Source of the DNA: an uncultured Candidatus Saccharibacteria bacterium
Lineage (GTDB): Bacteria > Patescibacteriota > Doudnabacteria > UBA920
DNA length: 24,000 nt
Direction of reading: 5' to 3'
NCBI GenBank assembly: GCA_964650255.1
Contig: CAZYQT010000006.1
Location: forward strand, 1-24,000
Shown piece by piece: positions 6,234 through 13,731 of this stretch (positions are counted from its first letter, which is position 1; the number at the start of each line of letters is the position of its first letter). The notes under the pieces were generated by a model. The model made no database searches. It was not told where the DNA came from and saw nothing but the letters and a program-made list of their open reading frames with translations. Made by a program: the position numbers and the translations under genes.

Positions 6234-6324
6234 AAACAGAAGGATATTTGCTAAGCAGGCAGTCACGGTAAGCGCAGCCGCGAAGCGGCGTGAGCACTGT
6301 CTGCGTGCAGATATCCTTCTGTTT
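6234..6324. repeat. Long imperfect GC-rich inverted repeat (extended hairpin), function unknown
   Basis: Perfect 14-bp outer arms: AAACAGAAGGATAT at 6234-6247 and ATATCCTTCTGTTT at 6311-6324. Inner 9-bp stem GCAGGCAGT/ACTGTCTGC. Apical GCCGC-gaa-GCGGC. Confidence 0.6.
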
Positions 6325-6356
6325 CATCAGTCTCAAAATATGCTATGATAAATGAT

Positions 6357-7337
6357 ATGCCAATTGAATTTGAAACAAAAAAACTGTCTATGGAGACCCT
6401 GGGGGAGTACCTGGCTGCTGTGCGCAACGAGCTAGGCCTGACTTTAGAAGAGGTTTCTCAGAAAACCGGGGTTTATGAAAAATTCATCCATTATATAGAG
6501 ACTGGAAAGTACCATTTATTACCTCCTGGGGTGTATGTACTTGGTTTCCTTAAAAAACTGGCAGGAGTTTACAAGATTTCAGCTGATACTCTCCTGGAAC
6601 AATATCGCAAAGAGCTAGGTATAGTAGAGCATGCGGCCTCTGAGCGACTGAGGGCCAAAAAAACTTGGAAAGAGCGTTTTTCCAAAATCACCATAACACC
6701 TAAACTGCTCACTGTTACTGGCGGCGGGGTAGTCGCTGTGGTCGCTTTCTTCTATATAGTGTTCCAAGTGTTCGCTATTAATAAGACTCCTGCTCTTACT
6801 ATAAACGAACCTAAGAATGATGCAGTAATTTCTGGCACATCAGTGAACGTTGCAGGAAAAACTGAGCCAGGCATAGTGGTATCTATAAACGGACAAAATG
6901 TGTTTGTAGATCAATCCGGCGATTTTCATACCACCATTGGTGTAGCTCCTGGACAAAAAGAGTTACGAATTGATGCGTCCAATAAATTCGGCAAGAAAAA
7001 TGAGCAGGTACTAGCCCTGCGCGTTGAAGAAGAGCCGCATGTGGCTGGGGTGGAAACTACGGTGCCATCAGAATTGCAAATGGAAATTAAGTTTACTAAA
7101 GCTACAAAGATTATTGTAAACAAAGACGGTACAGAGCTACCGCTTGAGCAGGTTCCTAAGGGGGCAGTAAAACAGGTTACAGCCCAGGACAAAATTAGTT
7201 TAACTACTTTCGATGCGGGTAACACACAGATAACTTTGAATGGAAAACCTGTTGGTACAATTGGAAAAGTAGGTGAAAAAATTACTATTCCTTTTTCAAA
7301 AGAAGCGGCTTCGCTAATAGAACAGGCATCAGAATAA
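6357..7337 (+). CDS. RodZ-like protein: XRE-type HTH, one transmembrane helix and a RodZ_C/DUF4115-like C-terminal domain
   Basis: HTH LGLTLEEVSQKTGVYEKFIHYIETGK. TM helix GGGVVAVVAFFYIVFQVFAI. The C-terminus (ITLNGKPVGTIGKVGEKITIPF) resembles RodZ_C. I prefer ATG 6357 over 6345 because TGCTATGAT at 6341-6349 looks like the -10. Confidence 0.65.
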   Translation: MPIEFETKKLSMETLGEYLAAVRNELGLTLEEVSQKTGVYEKFIHYIETGKYHLLPPGVYVLGFLKKLAGVYKISADTLLEQYRKELGIVEHAASERLRAKKTWKERFSKITITPKLLTVTGGGVVAVVAFFYIVFQVFAINKTPALTINEPKNDAVISGTSVNVAGKTEPGIVVSINGQNVFVDQSGDFHTTIGVAPGQKELRIDASNKFGKKNEQVLALRVEEEPHVAGVETTVPSELQMEIKFTKATKIIVNKDGTELPLEQVPKGAVKQVTAQDKISLTTFDAGNTQITLNGKPVGTIGKVGEKITIPFSKEAASLIEQASE

Positions 7338-7341
7338 TTTT

Positions 7342-7386
7342 AAAAACTTTAACCAAACTTTAGAAAAGTTTTACATCAGTTTTATC
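7342..7386 (+). promoter_or_regulatory. Conserved 45-nt upstream motif, copy A (upstream of recA)
   Basis: Aligns without gaps to 12122-12166 at 37/45 identity. It contains AAACTTTA repeats and TTTACATCARTTTTATC. Confidence 0.5.
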
Positions 7387-7426
7387 TACTAACAGTTATA
7401 ATTGTTGGGTAATTAAAGAAAAGTAT

Positions 7427-8515
7427 ATGGCAAAAAAAACTAAAGAACCAAAGACCACTGCACCAAAGGCAACTTCCACAGCCGGCAAGTGGGGAGCAGT
7501 GGAAAGCGCAATGGATCAAATTCGCGATAAATTCGGCGATGGTAGCATCATGAAAATTTCCGATACCCAAAAACTGAACGTAGAAGCAATTCCTACTGGC
7601 AGTATTAGTTTGGATATGGCCCTGGGTGTTGGCGGAATTCCTAAGGGGCGCATTGTAGAAGTGTATGGTCCAGAAAGTTCTGGTAAAACAACTTTAACTT
7701 TGCACATGATTGCTGAAGTGCAAAAGAAAGGTGGCTTGGCGGCATTTATTGATGCAGAGCACGCGCTCGACCCTGACTACGCAAAACGTATCGGAGTTAA
7801 TTTAGAAGATTTGTTAATTTCTCAACCAGACAGTGGTGAGCAAGCTTTAGATATTACAGAGACTTTGGTGCGGAGTAATGCGTTAGATTTAATTGTTGTT
7901 GACTCAGTAGCAGCATTAACACCGCGTGCGGAAATTGAAGGTGAAATGGGTGCGTCGCACATGGGGCTTCAAGCAAGACTTATGTCGCAGGCGCTTCGTA
8001 AGTTAACTGGAATTATTTCTAAATCCAACACGACTGTCATTTTCATTAACCAGATTCGTATGAAAATTGGGGTAATGTTTGGTAACCCAGAAACAACTAC
8101 TGGTGGGAATGCTTTGAAGTTCTATGCATCGGTTCGAGTGGAAATTCGCCGCAGCGCGCAAATTAAAAATGGTGATAAAATTATTGGCAACCGTACCAAG
8201 GCCAAGGTGGTGAAGAACAAAGTGGCGCCGCCGTTCAAAGTTGCTGAGTTTGATATTATGTACAACGAAGGTATTTCTTCTGAAGGAGATGTTCTCGACA
8301 CTGGCTTATTGTTTGAAATAATTAAGAAGAACGGTAACTCGTATTCTTACAAAGACATTAAGCTTGGGGTTGGCCGCGAAACAGCGAAAACTTTTCTAAA
8401 AGAAAATAAGGATATCTTTGAGCAAATAGATAAAGATTTGCGTACCCAGCTAGATAGCGGAGCTGGTATTCCTGAAAAGTTGGTAGAAGCTGAAGAAGAA
8501 ATCGACGAAGATTAA
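7427..8515 (+). CDS. recA: Recombinase RecA
   Basis: Full-length RecA with Walker [10 protein letters not shown], the L1/L2 region ([32 protein letters not shown]) and an acidic C-terminal tail. Confidence 0.97.
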   Translation: MAKKTKEPKTTAPKATSTAGKWGAVESAMDQIRDKFGDGSIMKISDTQKLNVEAIPTGSISLDMALGVGGIPKGRIVEVYGPESSGKTTLTLHMIAEVQKKGGLAAFIDAEHALDPDYAKRIGVNLEDLLISQPDSGEQALDITETLVRSNALDLIVVDSVAALTPRAEIEGEMGASHMGLQARLMSQALRKLTGIISKSNTTVIFINQIRMKIGVMFGNPETTTGGNALKFYASVRVEIRRSAQIKNGDKIIGNRTKAKVVKNKVAPPFKVAEFDIMYNEGISSEGDVLDTGLLFEIIKKNGNSYSYKDIKLGVGRETAKTFLKENKDIFEQIDKDLRTQLDSGAGIPEKLVEAEEEIDED

Positions 8516-8526
8516 AAACTATTTTG

Positions 8527-8556
8527 AAAAAGCACCTGTGACTGCAGGTGCTTTTT
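8527..8556 (+). terminator. Intrinsic terminator after recA
   Basis: AAAAA-GCACCTG-tgactg-CAGGTGC-TTTTT. Confidence 0.8.
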
Positions 8557-8572
8557 CATTTATACTATATAT

Positions 8573-10825
8573 ATGCCAAAGAAAGCTGCGGTTAAGACCG
8601 CGCCTAAATCAGAACAACTATATTGCAGTGTGGACCTGGAGTTTACCGGGTTCGATCCGAGCAGAGACCAAATTTTAGAAATTGGATTTGCGTTTTTTAG
8701 GTTGTCCAGCAAAGGATTCGAAGTTGTTGAAGAGTGGTCGCAAGTTTTTAAGCCATCAATAGAAGTTCATCCAAAAATTTTAGGCTTAACTGGTATTACC
8801 CAACAAGAGTTAGATGAAGCTCCTGAGTTCAGCGAATTTCGCGAAGAGTTGCAATCAAAATTAGGCGATGCGATTATAGTCGGCCACAACCCTGTAATGG
8901 ATGTTAAGTTCTTAGAAAGTTATGGGCTCAAGTTATCTGGAAAGATTGTTGACACCCTCGAGTTAGTCCAATTTATTTTGCCAACACACCACAGTTATAA
9001 TCTAGAAAACTTGGTGCATTATTTCGGGATCAAGCATCACAAAGCTCATCGTGCTTTAGGTGATGCTTTGTCGACCATTAAGGTGCTAGAAAATCTAACC
9101 AAAATTTATCAAAATTTTAGTGAGACCCTAAAAGCCGAGTTGCAAGAAGTAACTGACCGAGGAGATTTTTTGTGGACCAAGATTTTAGAAACTGAATTGA
9201 AATCGAAAAAAGCACAAAGTAACGATTCTCTGAAACATGTATTTACTAAAGGAAAAGTTTCCGCGTTAAAGTTAAGTCCAAATTTAATTACTATTGATGC
9301 CTCCCCTGATCATCACGAAGTTCGGGCAGCGGTTGGTTTACAAAAGGAGAACAAGTCATCAGTAATCGCTGTTGCAAATGCAAACACGGTAATGCAATTA
9401 TGGCAGAACGGATTTGCGCATGGTGTGTTTCGCAGCGAAGACACTTTTTCTGAAAGCGCTTTCAAAAAGTTTTTAAAAAGTGCACAGACTAGTGAAGAGT
9501 TAAGATTTTGTCTAAAGATCATTGTGTGGCTACACACCAACTGGCAAACCGAAGCAGTGTTCGATTTGAACATTTCTTTTTTTGGCGGGCAGTTTCGACA
9601 ACATATTGTTGGCGGTAAACCAGTTTTAAGAACTGAACCGGTAATCGCAATTGACTATGTTACTTTAGAATCTTTTGCTGCTCAAAAGAAATCTTCCCCG
9701 ATCGCTAATCGTAATTTGTTAATTTGTGATATTCAGGAATTTGAAAAATACATTAGTACTGGGTTTGGCACACGTTTGGGCTGGGCTAATGTTTTGTATG
9801 CACTCCGTTCAATTTATAACCCAGAAACTGAGTTTGGAAATTTAAAACTGAAAGATGAAATTGTGAATGCGCTCGTGGCAACGGATTTATTTTTTGGATT
9901 AGCCTTTATGCTATTACATCAAGCTTTGCCTCACAGCCAATATGCCACCCTGGGTGAGGTAGAGCTAAACCATGGTCATGTGCACTCTAGGCTAAGACGC
10001 GCAGCCGAAAAACTTAAAGAGAAATTTGATAAGATTCTCAAAAATACAGAATCCCCAGAGTTGGCTAGGGCAAGCAGTTACCTGGAGTCCTTTTTCTATA
10101 GTGATCCAAATCGGGTAAAGTGGATCGATATAGATGAACGCAATTTGTCCTTTCATGATCAACCAATTGATATTGCAGAAGACGTTGCCAAGGTCCTGAA
10201 ATCTTTTACCAGTACTCGCTTTACTGCAATCATGGCAAATGATAAGTTACTTTTTTACCTTATCGATCGTCTCGGTTTGCATACGGAAAGTTCCGAGATA
10301 CTTAGCAATTCATTACCAAATACCTTTATTGTATCGAATGATACCGAGTCTGTTATAAGCAGAGAGTTTTTGTTTAAAGAAGTACAGAGTGCCACCTTAC
10401 CTGCAGTAGTGGTAATGCCAAACTTATCTGAAGTAAAGGAGTTCTACAATAGTTTCTACGATGAAATAAAGAAAGAAGCGGCTTTATTTGCCCAAGGCTA
10501 TTCAGGTGGCGGCAATAAGATGTTTCGCAACTTTAGTATTAACCCAAAAAGCATTCTATTAGTAACTGCTGAGTTTATGGGTAAACAAAATTATATGATT
10601 CCTGCCAAAACAGTTATTTTTGCGGGCTTACCTACAGTAGAACGTAGCCATCCGTATACATCAGCATTAATTTCGTACTGGCAAGGCAAGCACCCGGAAT
10701 TGGAATCATTGCTTTCCTTCTCAAAGATGGCCGCTGCATTAAAAAAGATAAAAGTTTCCGGTAAAGTACGCTTAAAAATATTTTCTAAGGAAAAAGTTTT
10801 GTATTTTGTGGACAAGTCCCGTTGA
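8573..10825 (+). CDS. DnaQ-like DEDDh 3'-5' exonuclease fused to a DinG-like helicase-like region with degenerate motifs
   Basis: The N-terminus carries exonuclease motifs (SVDLEFTG, GHNPVMDVKFL, HRALGDA). The C-terminus (VIFAGLPTVERSHPY) resembles the end of DinG/XPD helicases. I found no Walker A GxxxxGK[ST] in the translation. Confidence 0.6.
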   Translation: MPKKAAVKTAPKSEQLYCSVDLEFTGFDPSRDQILEIGFAFFRLSSKGFEVVEEWSQVFKPSIEVHPKILGLTGITQQELDEAPEFSEFREELQSKLGDAIIVGHNPVMDVKFLESYGLKLSGKIVDTLELVQFILPTHHSYNLENLVHYFGIKHHKAHRALGDALSTIKVLENLTKIYQNFSETLKAELQEVTDRGDFLWTKILETELKSKKAQSNDSLKHVFTKGKVSALKLSPNLITIDASPDHHEVRAAVGLQKENKSSVIAVANANTVMQLWQNGFAHGVFRSEDTFSESAFKKFLKSAQTSEELRFCLKIIVWLHTNWQTEAVFDLNISFFGGQFRQHIVGGKPVLRTEPVIAIDYVTLESFAAQKKSSPIANRNLLICDIQEFEKYISTGFGTRLGWANVLYALRSIYNPETEFGNLKLKDEIVNALVATDLFFGLAFMLLHQALPHSQYATLGEVELNHGHVHSRLRRAAEKLKEKFDKILKNTESPELARASSYLESFFYSDPNRVKWIDIDERNLSFHDQPIDIAEDVAKVLKSFTSTRFTAIMANDKLLFYLIDRLGLHTESSEILSNSLPNTFIVSNDTESVISREFLFKEVQSATLPAVVVMPNLSEVKEFYNSFYDEIKKEAALFAQGYSGGGNKMFRNFSINPKSILLVTAEFMGKQNYMIPAKTVIFAGLPTVERSHPYTSALISYWQGKHPELESLLSFSKMAAALKKIKVSGKVRLKIFSKEKVLYFVDKSR

Positions 10826-10850
10826 CAAGATGAAAAATTTATGATAAGAT
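10822..10850 (+). promoter_or_regulatory. Strong sigma70-like promoter firing into the ORF-free region
   Basis: TTGACA (10822-10827)-17 nt-TAAGAT (10845-10850), with TG at 10842-10843 as an extended -10. It overlaps the stop codon of the upstream gene. Confidence 0.6.
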
Positions 10851-10856
10851 ACCTTT

Positions 10857-11329
10857 GTAGTTAATTAGTACCTTGAAATAAAAACATAAGAAACAAACTG
10901 GACTAAGGAAATCTGCGCTGAAGGCTAGAGACTTCATTGAGCGTAGGCTTCCTTCTTACTTCTCGTCATAGCTTATTCTAATCTAAGCTGATTGAAAAAC
11001 AAAAACAAAATGAAGGTTCTTCTCTTGACTTACAAGAGACAAAAATTTTTCTAAAACAAAAACAAAATAAAAAGAACAAAAAGTTTAGGTCGAGAGACCA
11101 CAAGAGAGGTTTGAAGTGCAGTTTGTAATTTGATTAGAATGCAAACATTTCTTTCAACATCGTGGTTGGAAGAACGCTTAAGGCTGATGAAATGTTAGCT
11201 ACTGTCTAAGGTCTAGGATCTCAAAGGTTGGGATCCTGCAGCTTAGACGGTGACTAGCTCAAAGCTTTGAGTTAGCGACGTCAACAGCTCGTTCATTTAT
11301 AATTTAGGGGCCCGTTGGGGTCGCTTTTT
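10857..11329 (+). ncRNA. Candidate structured noncoding RNA of about 470 nt, or a long structured leader; class unknown
   Basis: No ORF of 60 aa or more on either strand across 10826-11377. A promoter lies upstream and a stem plus U5 (GCGAC...GUCGC-UUUUU, 11275-11329) lies at the 3' end. Several hairpins are present, including a 14-bp interrupted stem (11197-11210 pairing with 11242-11259), AGGAUC/GAUCCU, GGUC-GAGA-GACC and UCUCUUG-acuua-CAAGAGA. The 16-nt sequence AAAACAAAAACAAAAT occurs twice. Confidence 0.45.
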
Positions 11330-11377
11330 GATTTCTGCTATAATCTATTAGTAGAGTAATTAATTTATATAAATTTT

Positions 11378-11683
11378 ATGTTATCTCAAGATTTTATTGA
11401 TGAAATGCGAAACAAGCTTCTTGAAGAAAAAGATCGTCTTACTCATGAGCTGGCAAGTTCACCAGAGCACACAGAACTTGGACGAGAGTATGATGAAAAT
11501 GCACAAGAAGTTGAGCTTGATGATGTAAATGCAAGTTTGCATGAGCGCATTGGCAGTGATCTAGAAAAAATTGAAAAAGCCCTCCAAAAAATTCAGGCAG
11601 GCACATATGGTATCGATGACAACGGTAATGAAATTTCAGAAGAGCGTTTGCGTGCCATCCCATGGGCAGATGTAGCAATTTAG
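11378..11683 (+). CDS. DksA/TraR-family-like protein lacking the zinc-finger cysteines
   Basis: Coiled-coil N-terminus and a C-terminal pattern (IQAGTYGIDDNGNEISEERLRAIPWA) that matches the CxxC...RL.A.P...C layout, but with no Cys. It sits directly upstream of lspA, an arrangement I recall from Gram-positive genomes. Confidence 0.5.
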   Translation: MLSQDFIDEMRNKLLEEKDRLTHELASSPEHTELGREYDENAQEVELDDVNASLHERIGSDLEKIEKALQKIQAGTYGIDDNGNEISEERLRAIPWADVAI

Positions 11684-11689
11684 TTTCGA

Positions 11690-12133
11690 ATGAAAATTCC
11701 AGAAATTCGAAAAGTCTCTTGGTTCGCCGTAGTATTATTTTTTATATTGATCGATCAATTCACTAAGTGGTTAGCTGTCCACTGGAATTGGTCGATTTTT
11801 TTAAACCACCAGTTTGCATTTAGTTTGCCTGTTCCGGGGGTAGTGATGGCAATAATTTATATTTTAGTTTTAGTTGGGATCGCCATATATATTATTTGGA
11901 CCTGGCATCGATTTTCTCGAATGCAGAAATTAGCTTGGGCATTTGTTTGTGCGGGAGGGTTGTCCAATATTGGTGAGAGGATAGTACTGTCTCATGTACG
12001 CGACTTTATTCCTATTGCCAATGGTATGCTCAACGTCGCTGACTTATTTATTATTTTTGGACTGATTCTACTTTTAGTTAGTCAACGATATTCTGACCAC
12101 TCTACCACCACCGACCGATCAGAAAACTTTTAG
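11690..12133 (+). CDS. lspA: Lipoprotein signal peptidase II
   Basis: DQFTKW, GGLSNIGER, VRDFI and LNVADL motifs in a protein with four transmembrane helices. Confidence 0.8.
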   Translation: MKIPEIRKVSWFAVVLFFILIDQFTKWLAVHWNWSIFLNHQFAFSLPVPGVVMAIIYILVLVGIAIYIIWTWHRFSRMQKLAWAFVCAGGLSNIGERIVLSHVRDFIPIANGMLNVADLFIIFGLILLLVSQRYSDHSTTTDRSENF

Positions 12134-12166
12134 TAAACTTTAAAAAAACTTTACATCAATTTTATC
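12122..12166 (+). promoter_or_regulatory. Conserved 45-nt upstream motif, copy B (upstream of comM/yifB)
   Basis: Gap-free 37/45 identity to 7342-7386. It overlaps the last codons of lspA. Confidence 0.5.
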
Positions 12167-12188
12167 GGTAGTTTGTTAGTCTGGTAAT

Positions 12189-13712
12189 ATGCCAGTGCAA
12201 AAAATCATGACTGCCACCTTAGTAGGTATTGACGCAAGCTTAGTAGAAGTCGAAGCCGATGTTAGCAATGGTTTGCCAACTACAATTATGGTTGGTCTGC
12301 CGGGCGCTGCGGTACAGGAAAGTCGAGAACGGGTGCGGTCTGCCATTAAGCACTCTGGATTTCAGTATCCACAAATGCGCGTGTCTTTAAACCTTGCTCC
12401 CGCAAATCTTCCCAAGGGCGGCACTCATTTTGATTTGCCAATTGCTTTAGCAATCCTACTGGCTGCTAAACAAATTAGACCAAAAAACGCCCATTTTTTA
12501 GATAAATCATTATTTATTGGAGAGCTTTCTTTAGACGGCAGCATTAAATCTTGTGCCGGATTATTGGCTATGGTACAGGCGGCCCATCAACAAGGGTTTG
12601 CTGCAGTATTCATACCAAAAACTAGCGCGGGAATGGCTAGCCTAATACAGGGGGTAAAAATATTTGCAGTTGATACGCTCGCAGAATTAGCACGCCTAAT
12701 AGTTAGTGACGATATAGAAAATTATTGCGTGAAAAGGTTGTCAATAAAAAATATTCCGGTGGAAGCTGATAATGACTTTGCGAATATTGCAGGGCAAGAG
12801 CAGGCCAAGCGTGCTTTGGAAATTGTTGCAAGTGGTGGTCATAATATACTGATGACTGGACCACCAGGTAGTGGCAAAACAATGCTGGCAAAAGCGTTGC
12901 CCGGTATTTTGCCTCCACTTGAACTGGAAGAAATTTTAGAGTTAACAAAAATTTATAATAGTGCCGGGAAAATATCTGCTGACGTAATGTTTTCCAGACC
13001 AGTGCGCACACCTCATCATACTAGCTCCAGCGTTGCACTTATTGGCGGTGGTGGAATCCCAAGGCCCGGGGAAGTTACTTTGGCCCACCTTGGAGTTTTA
13101 TTTCTCGATGAGTTCCCAGAATTTTCAAGATCAGTTTTAGAAGTATTACGACAACCATTAGAAGAAAATGTCGTAACCATAACTAGGCTGCGAGACACTT
13201 ACACGTTTCCAGCCAATTTTATTTTTGTTGCTGCACAGAATCCTTGTCCCTGTGGAAATTTTAACCAACATGGACTCGAATGTACCTGCACACCGTATTT
13301 ATTAGAAAAGTACAAAAAGAAAATCTCTGGTCCGCTTCTAGATAGAATTGATTTACATATTAACGTGCCCCGATTGTCTTATCAAAAAATAATGAACACT
13401 AGTTCTGCTGTTGTGCAATCACAAGAAAACTCGAAAGCGATCGCTAAGAGGGTAATGAAGGCTAGGCAAATTCAGACGAAGCGATTTCAAAAACTTAAAA
13501 CTAATCATGAAATGTCTGTGTTAGAGCTAAGAAAGTTTTGCAAGCTTGCGTCTGCAGAAAATCATTTGCTCGAGCAGGCTGCCAGCAAGTATCAATTGTC
13601 TGGTCGAAGTATTCATAGAGTCCTAAAAGTGGCTAGAACCATTGCCGACTTGGCAGAATCGCAAGAAATCAGTATAAAACATTTGGCCGAAGCCCTCCAA
13701 TACCGAGTATAA
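12189..13712 (+). CDS. comM: YifB/ComM family Mg-chelatase-like AAA+ ATPase
   Basis: N-terminal Lon-like domain (VEVEADVSNGLPTTIMVGLP), Walker A GPPGSGKT, Walker B LFLDEFPEF and a C-terminal ChlI-like domain. The start could instead be the ATG at 12207. Confidence 0.9.
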   Translation: MPVQKIMTATLVGIDASLVEVEADVSNGLPTTIMVGLPGAAVQESRERVRSAIKHSGFQYPQMRVSLNLAPANLPKGGTHFDLPIALAILLAAKQIRPKNAHFLDKSLFIGELSLDGSIKSCAGLLAMVQAAHQQGFAAVFIPKTSAGMASLIQGVKIFAVDTLAELARLIVSDDIENYCVKRLSIKNIPVEADNDFANIAGQEQAKRALEIVASGGHNILMTGPPGSGKTMLAKALPGILPPLELEEILELTKIYNSAGKISADVMFSRPVRTPHHTSSSVALIGGGGIPRPGEVTLAHLGVLFLDEFPEFSRSVLEVLRQPLEENVVTITRLRDTYTFPANFIFVAAQNPCPCGNFNQHGLECTCTPYLLEKYKKKISGPLLDRIDLHINVPRLSYQKIMNTSSAVVQSQENSKAIAKRVMKARQIQTKRFQKLKTNHEMSVLELRKFCKLASAENHLLEQAASKYQLSGRSIHRVLKVARTIADLAESQEISIKHLAEALQYRV

Positions 13713-13716
13713 TTTG

Positions 13717-13725
13717 TGTTATAAT
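13717..13725 (+). promoter_or_regulatory. Extended -10 (TGTTATAAT) placed 6 nt before the galU ATG; candidate leaderless promoter
   Basis: TGTTATAAT-acgcct-ATG(13732). It overlaps the 3' end of comM. Confidence 0.5.
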
Positions 13726-13731
13726 ACGCCT

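Noticed and set aside
6320-6333. Minus-strand GACUGAUGAAACAG at the edge of the long inverted repeat
   Set aside because: On the minus strand CUGAUGA is followed by the long hairpin, which could stand in for stem II, but UUCC follows the hairpin instead of GAAA. The hammerhead core is therefore incomplete.
6160-6348. 62-aa ORF between operon ORF3 and the rodZ-like gene
   Set aside because: It is composed of the intrinsic terminator and the long inverted repeat, with no SD. It is an artifact of the palindromic sequence.
11010-11054. 14-codon mini-ORF (MKVLLLTYKRQKFF) inside the ORF-free region
   Set aside because: There is no SD and no evidence beyond the ATG itself. It overlaps a hairpin and cannot be told apart from chance.
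11083-11096. TTTAGGTCGAGAG here resembles TTTAGGTTCGAGAG (4890-4903) upstream of hammerhead 1
   Set aside because: A 13-mer with an indel is within chance expectation for a 24-kb AT-rich window, and the similarity does not extend further.
11184-11206. CUGAUGA (11184-11190) followed 13 nt later by ACUGUC (11201-11206), reminiscent of hammerhead core pieces
   Set aside because: There is no stem II hairpin or GAAA between them, and the flanks cannot form stem I in any of the three topologies. It is not a hammerhead.
10826-11377. Possibility that this gap holds tmRNA, RNase P RNA, SRP RNA or a CRISPR array
   Set aside because: I saw no tRNA-like acceptor/T-arm ending in CCA, no GGAAAGUCC or ACAGAA RNase P boxes, and no SRP domain IV motif on either strand. 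The only repeat is a low-complexity 16-mer present twice, not a repeat-spacer array. A covariance-model scan is still needed.
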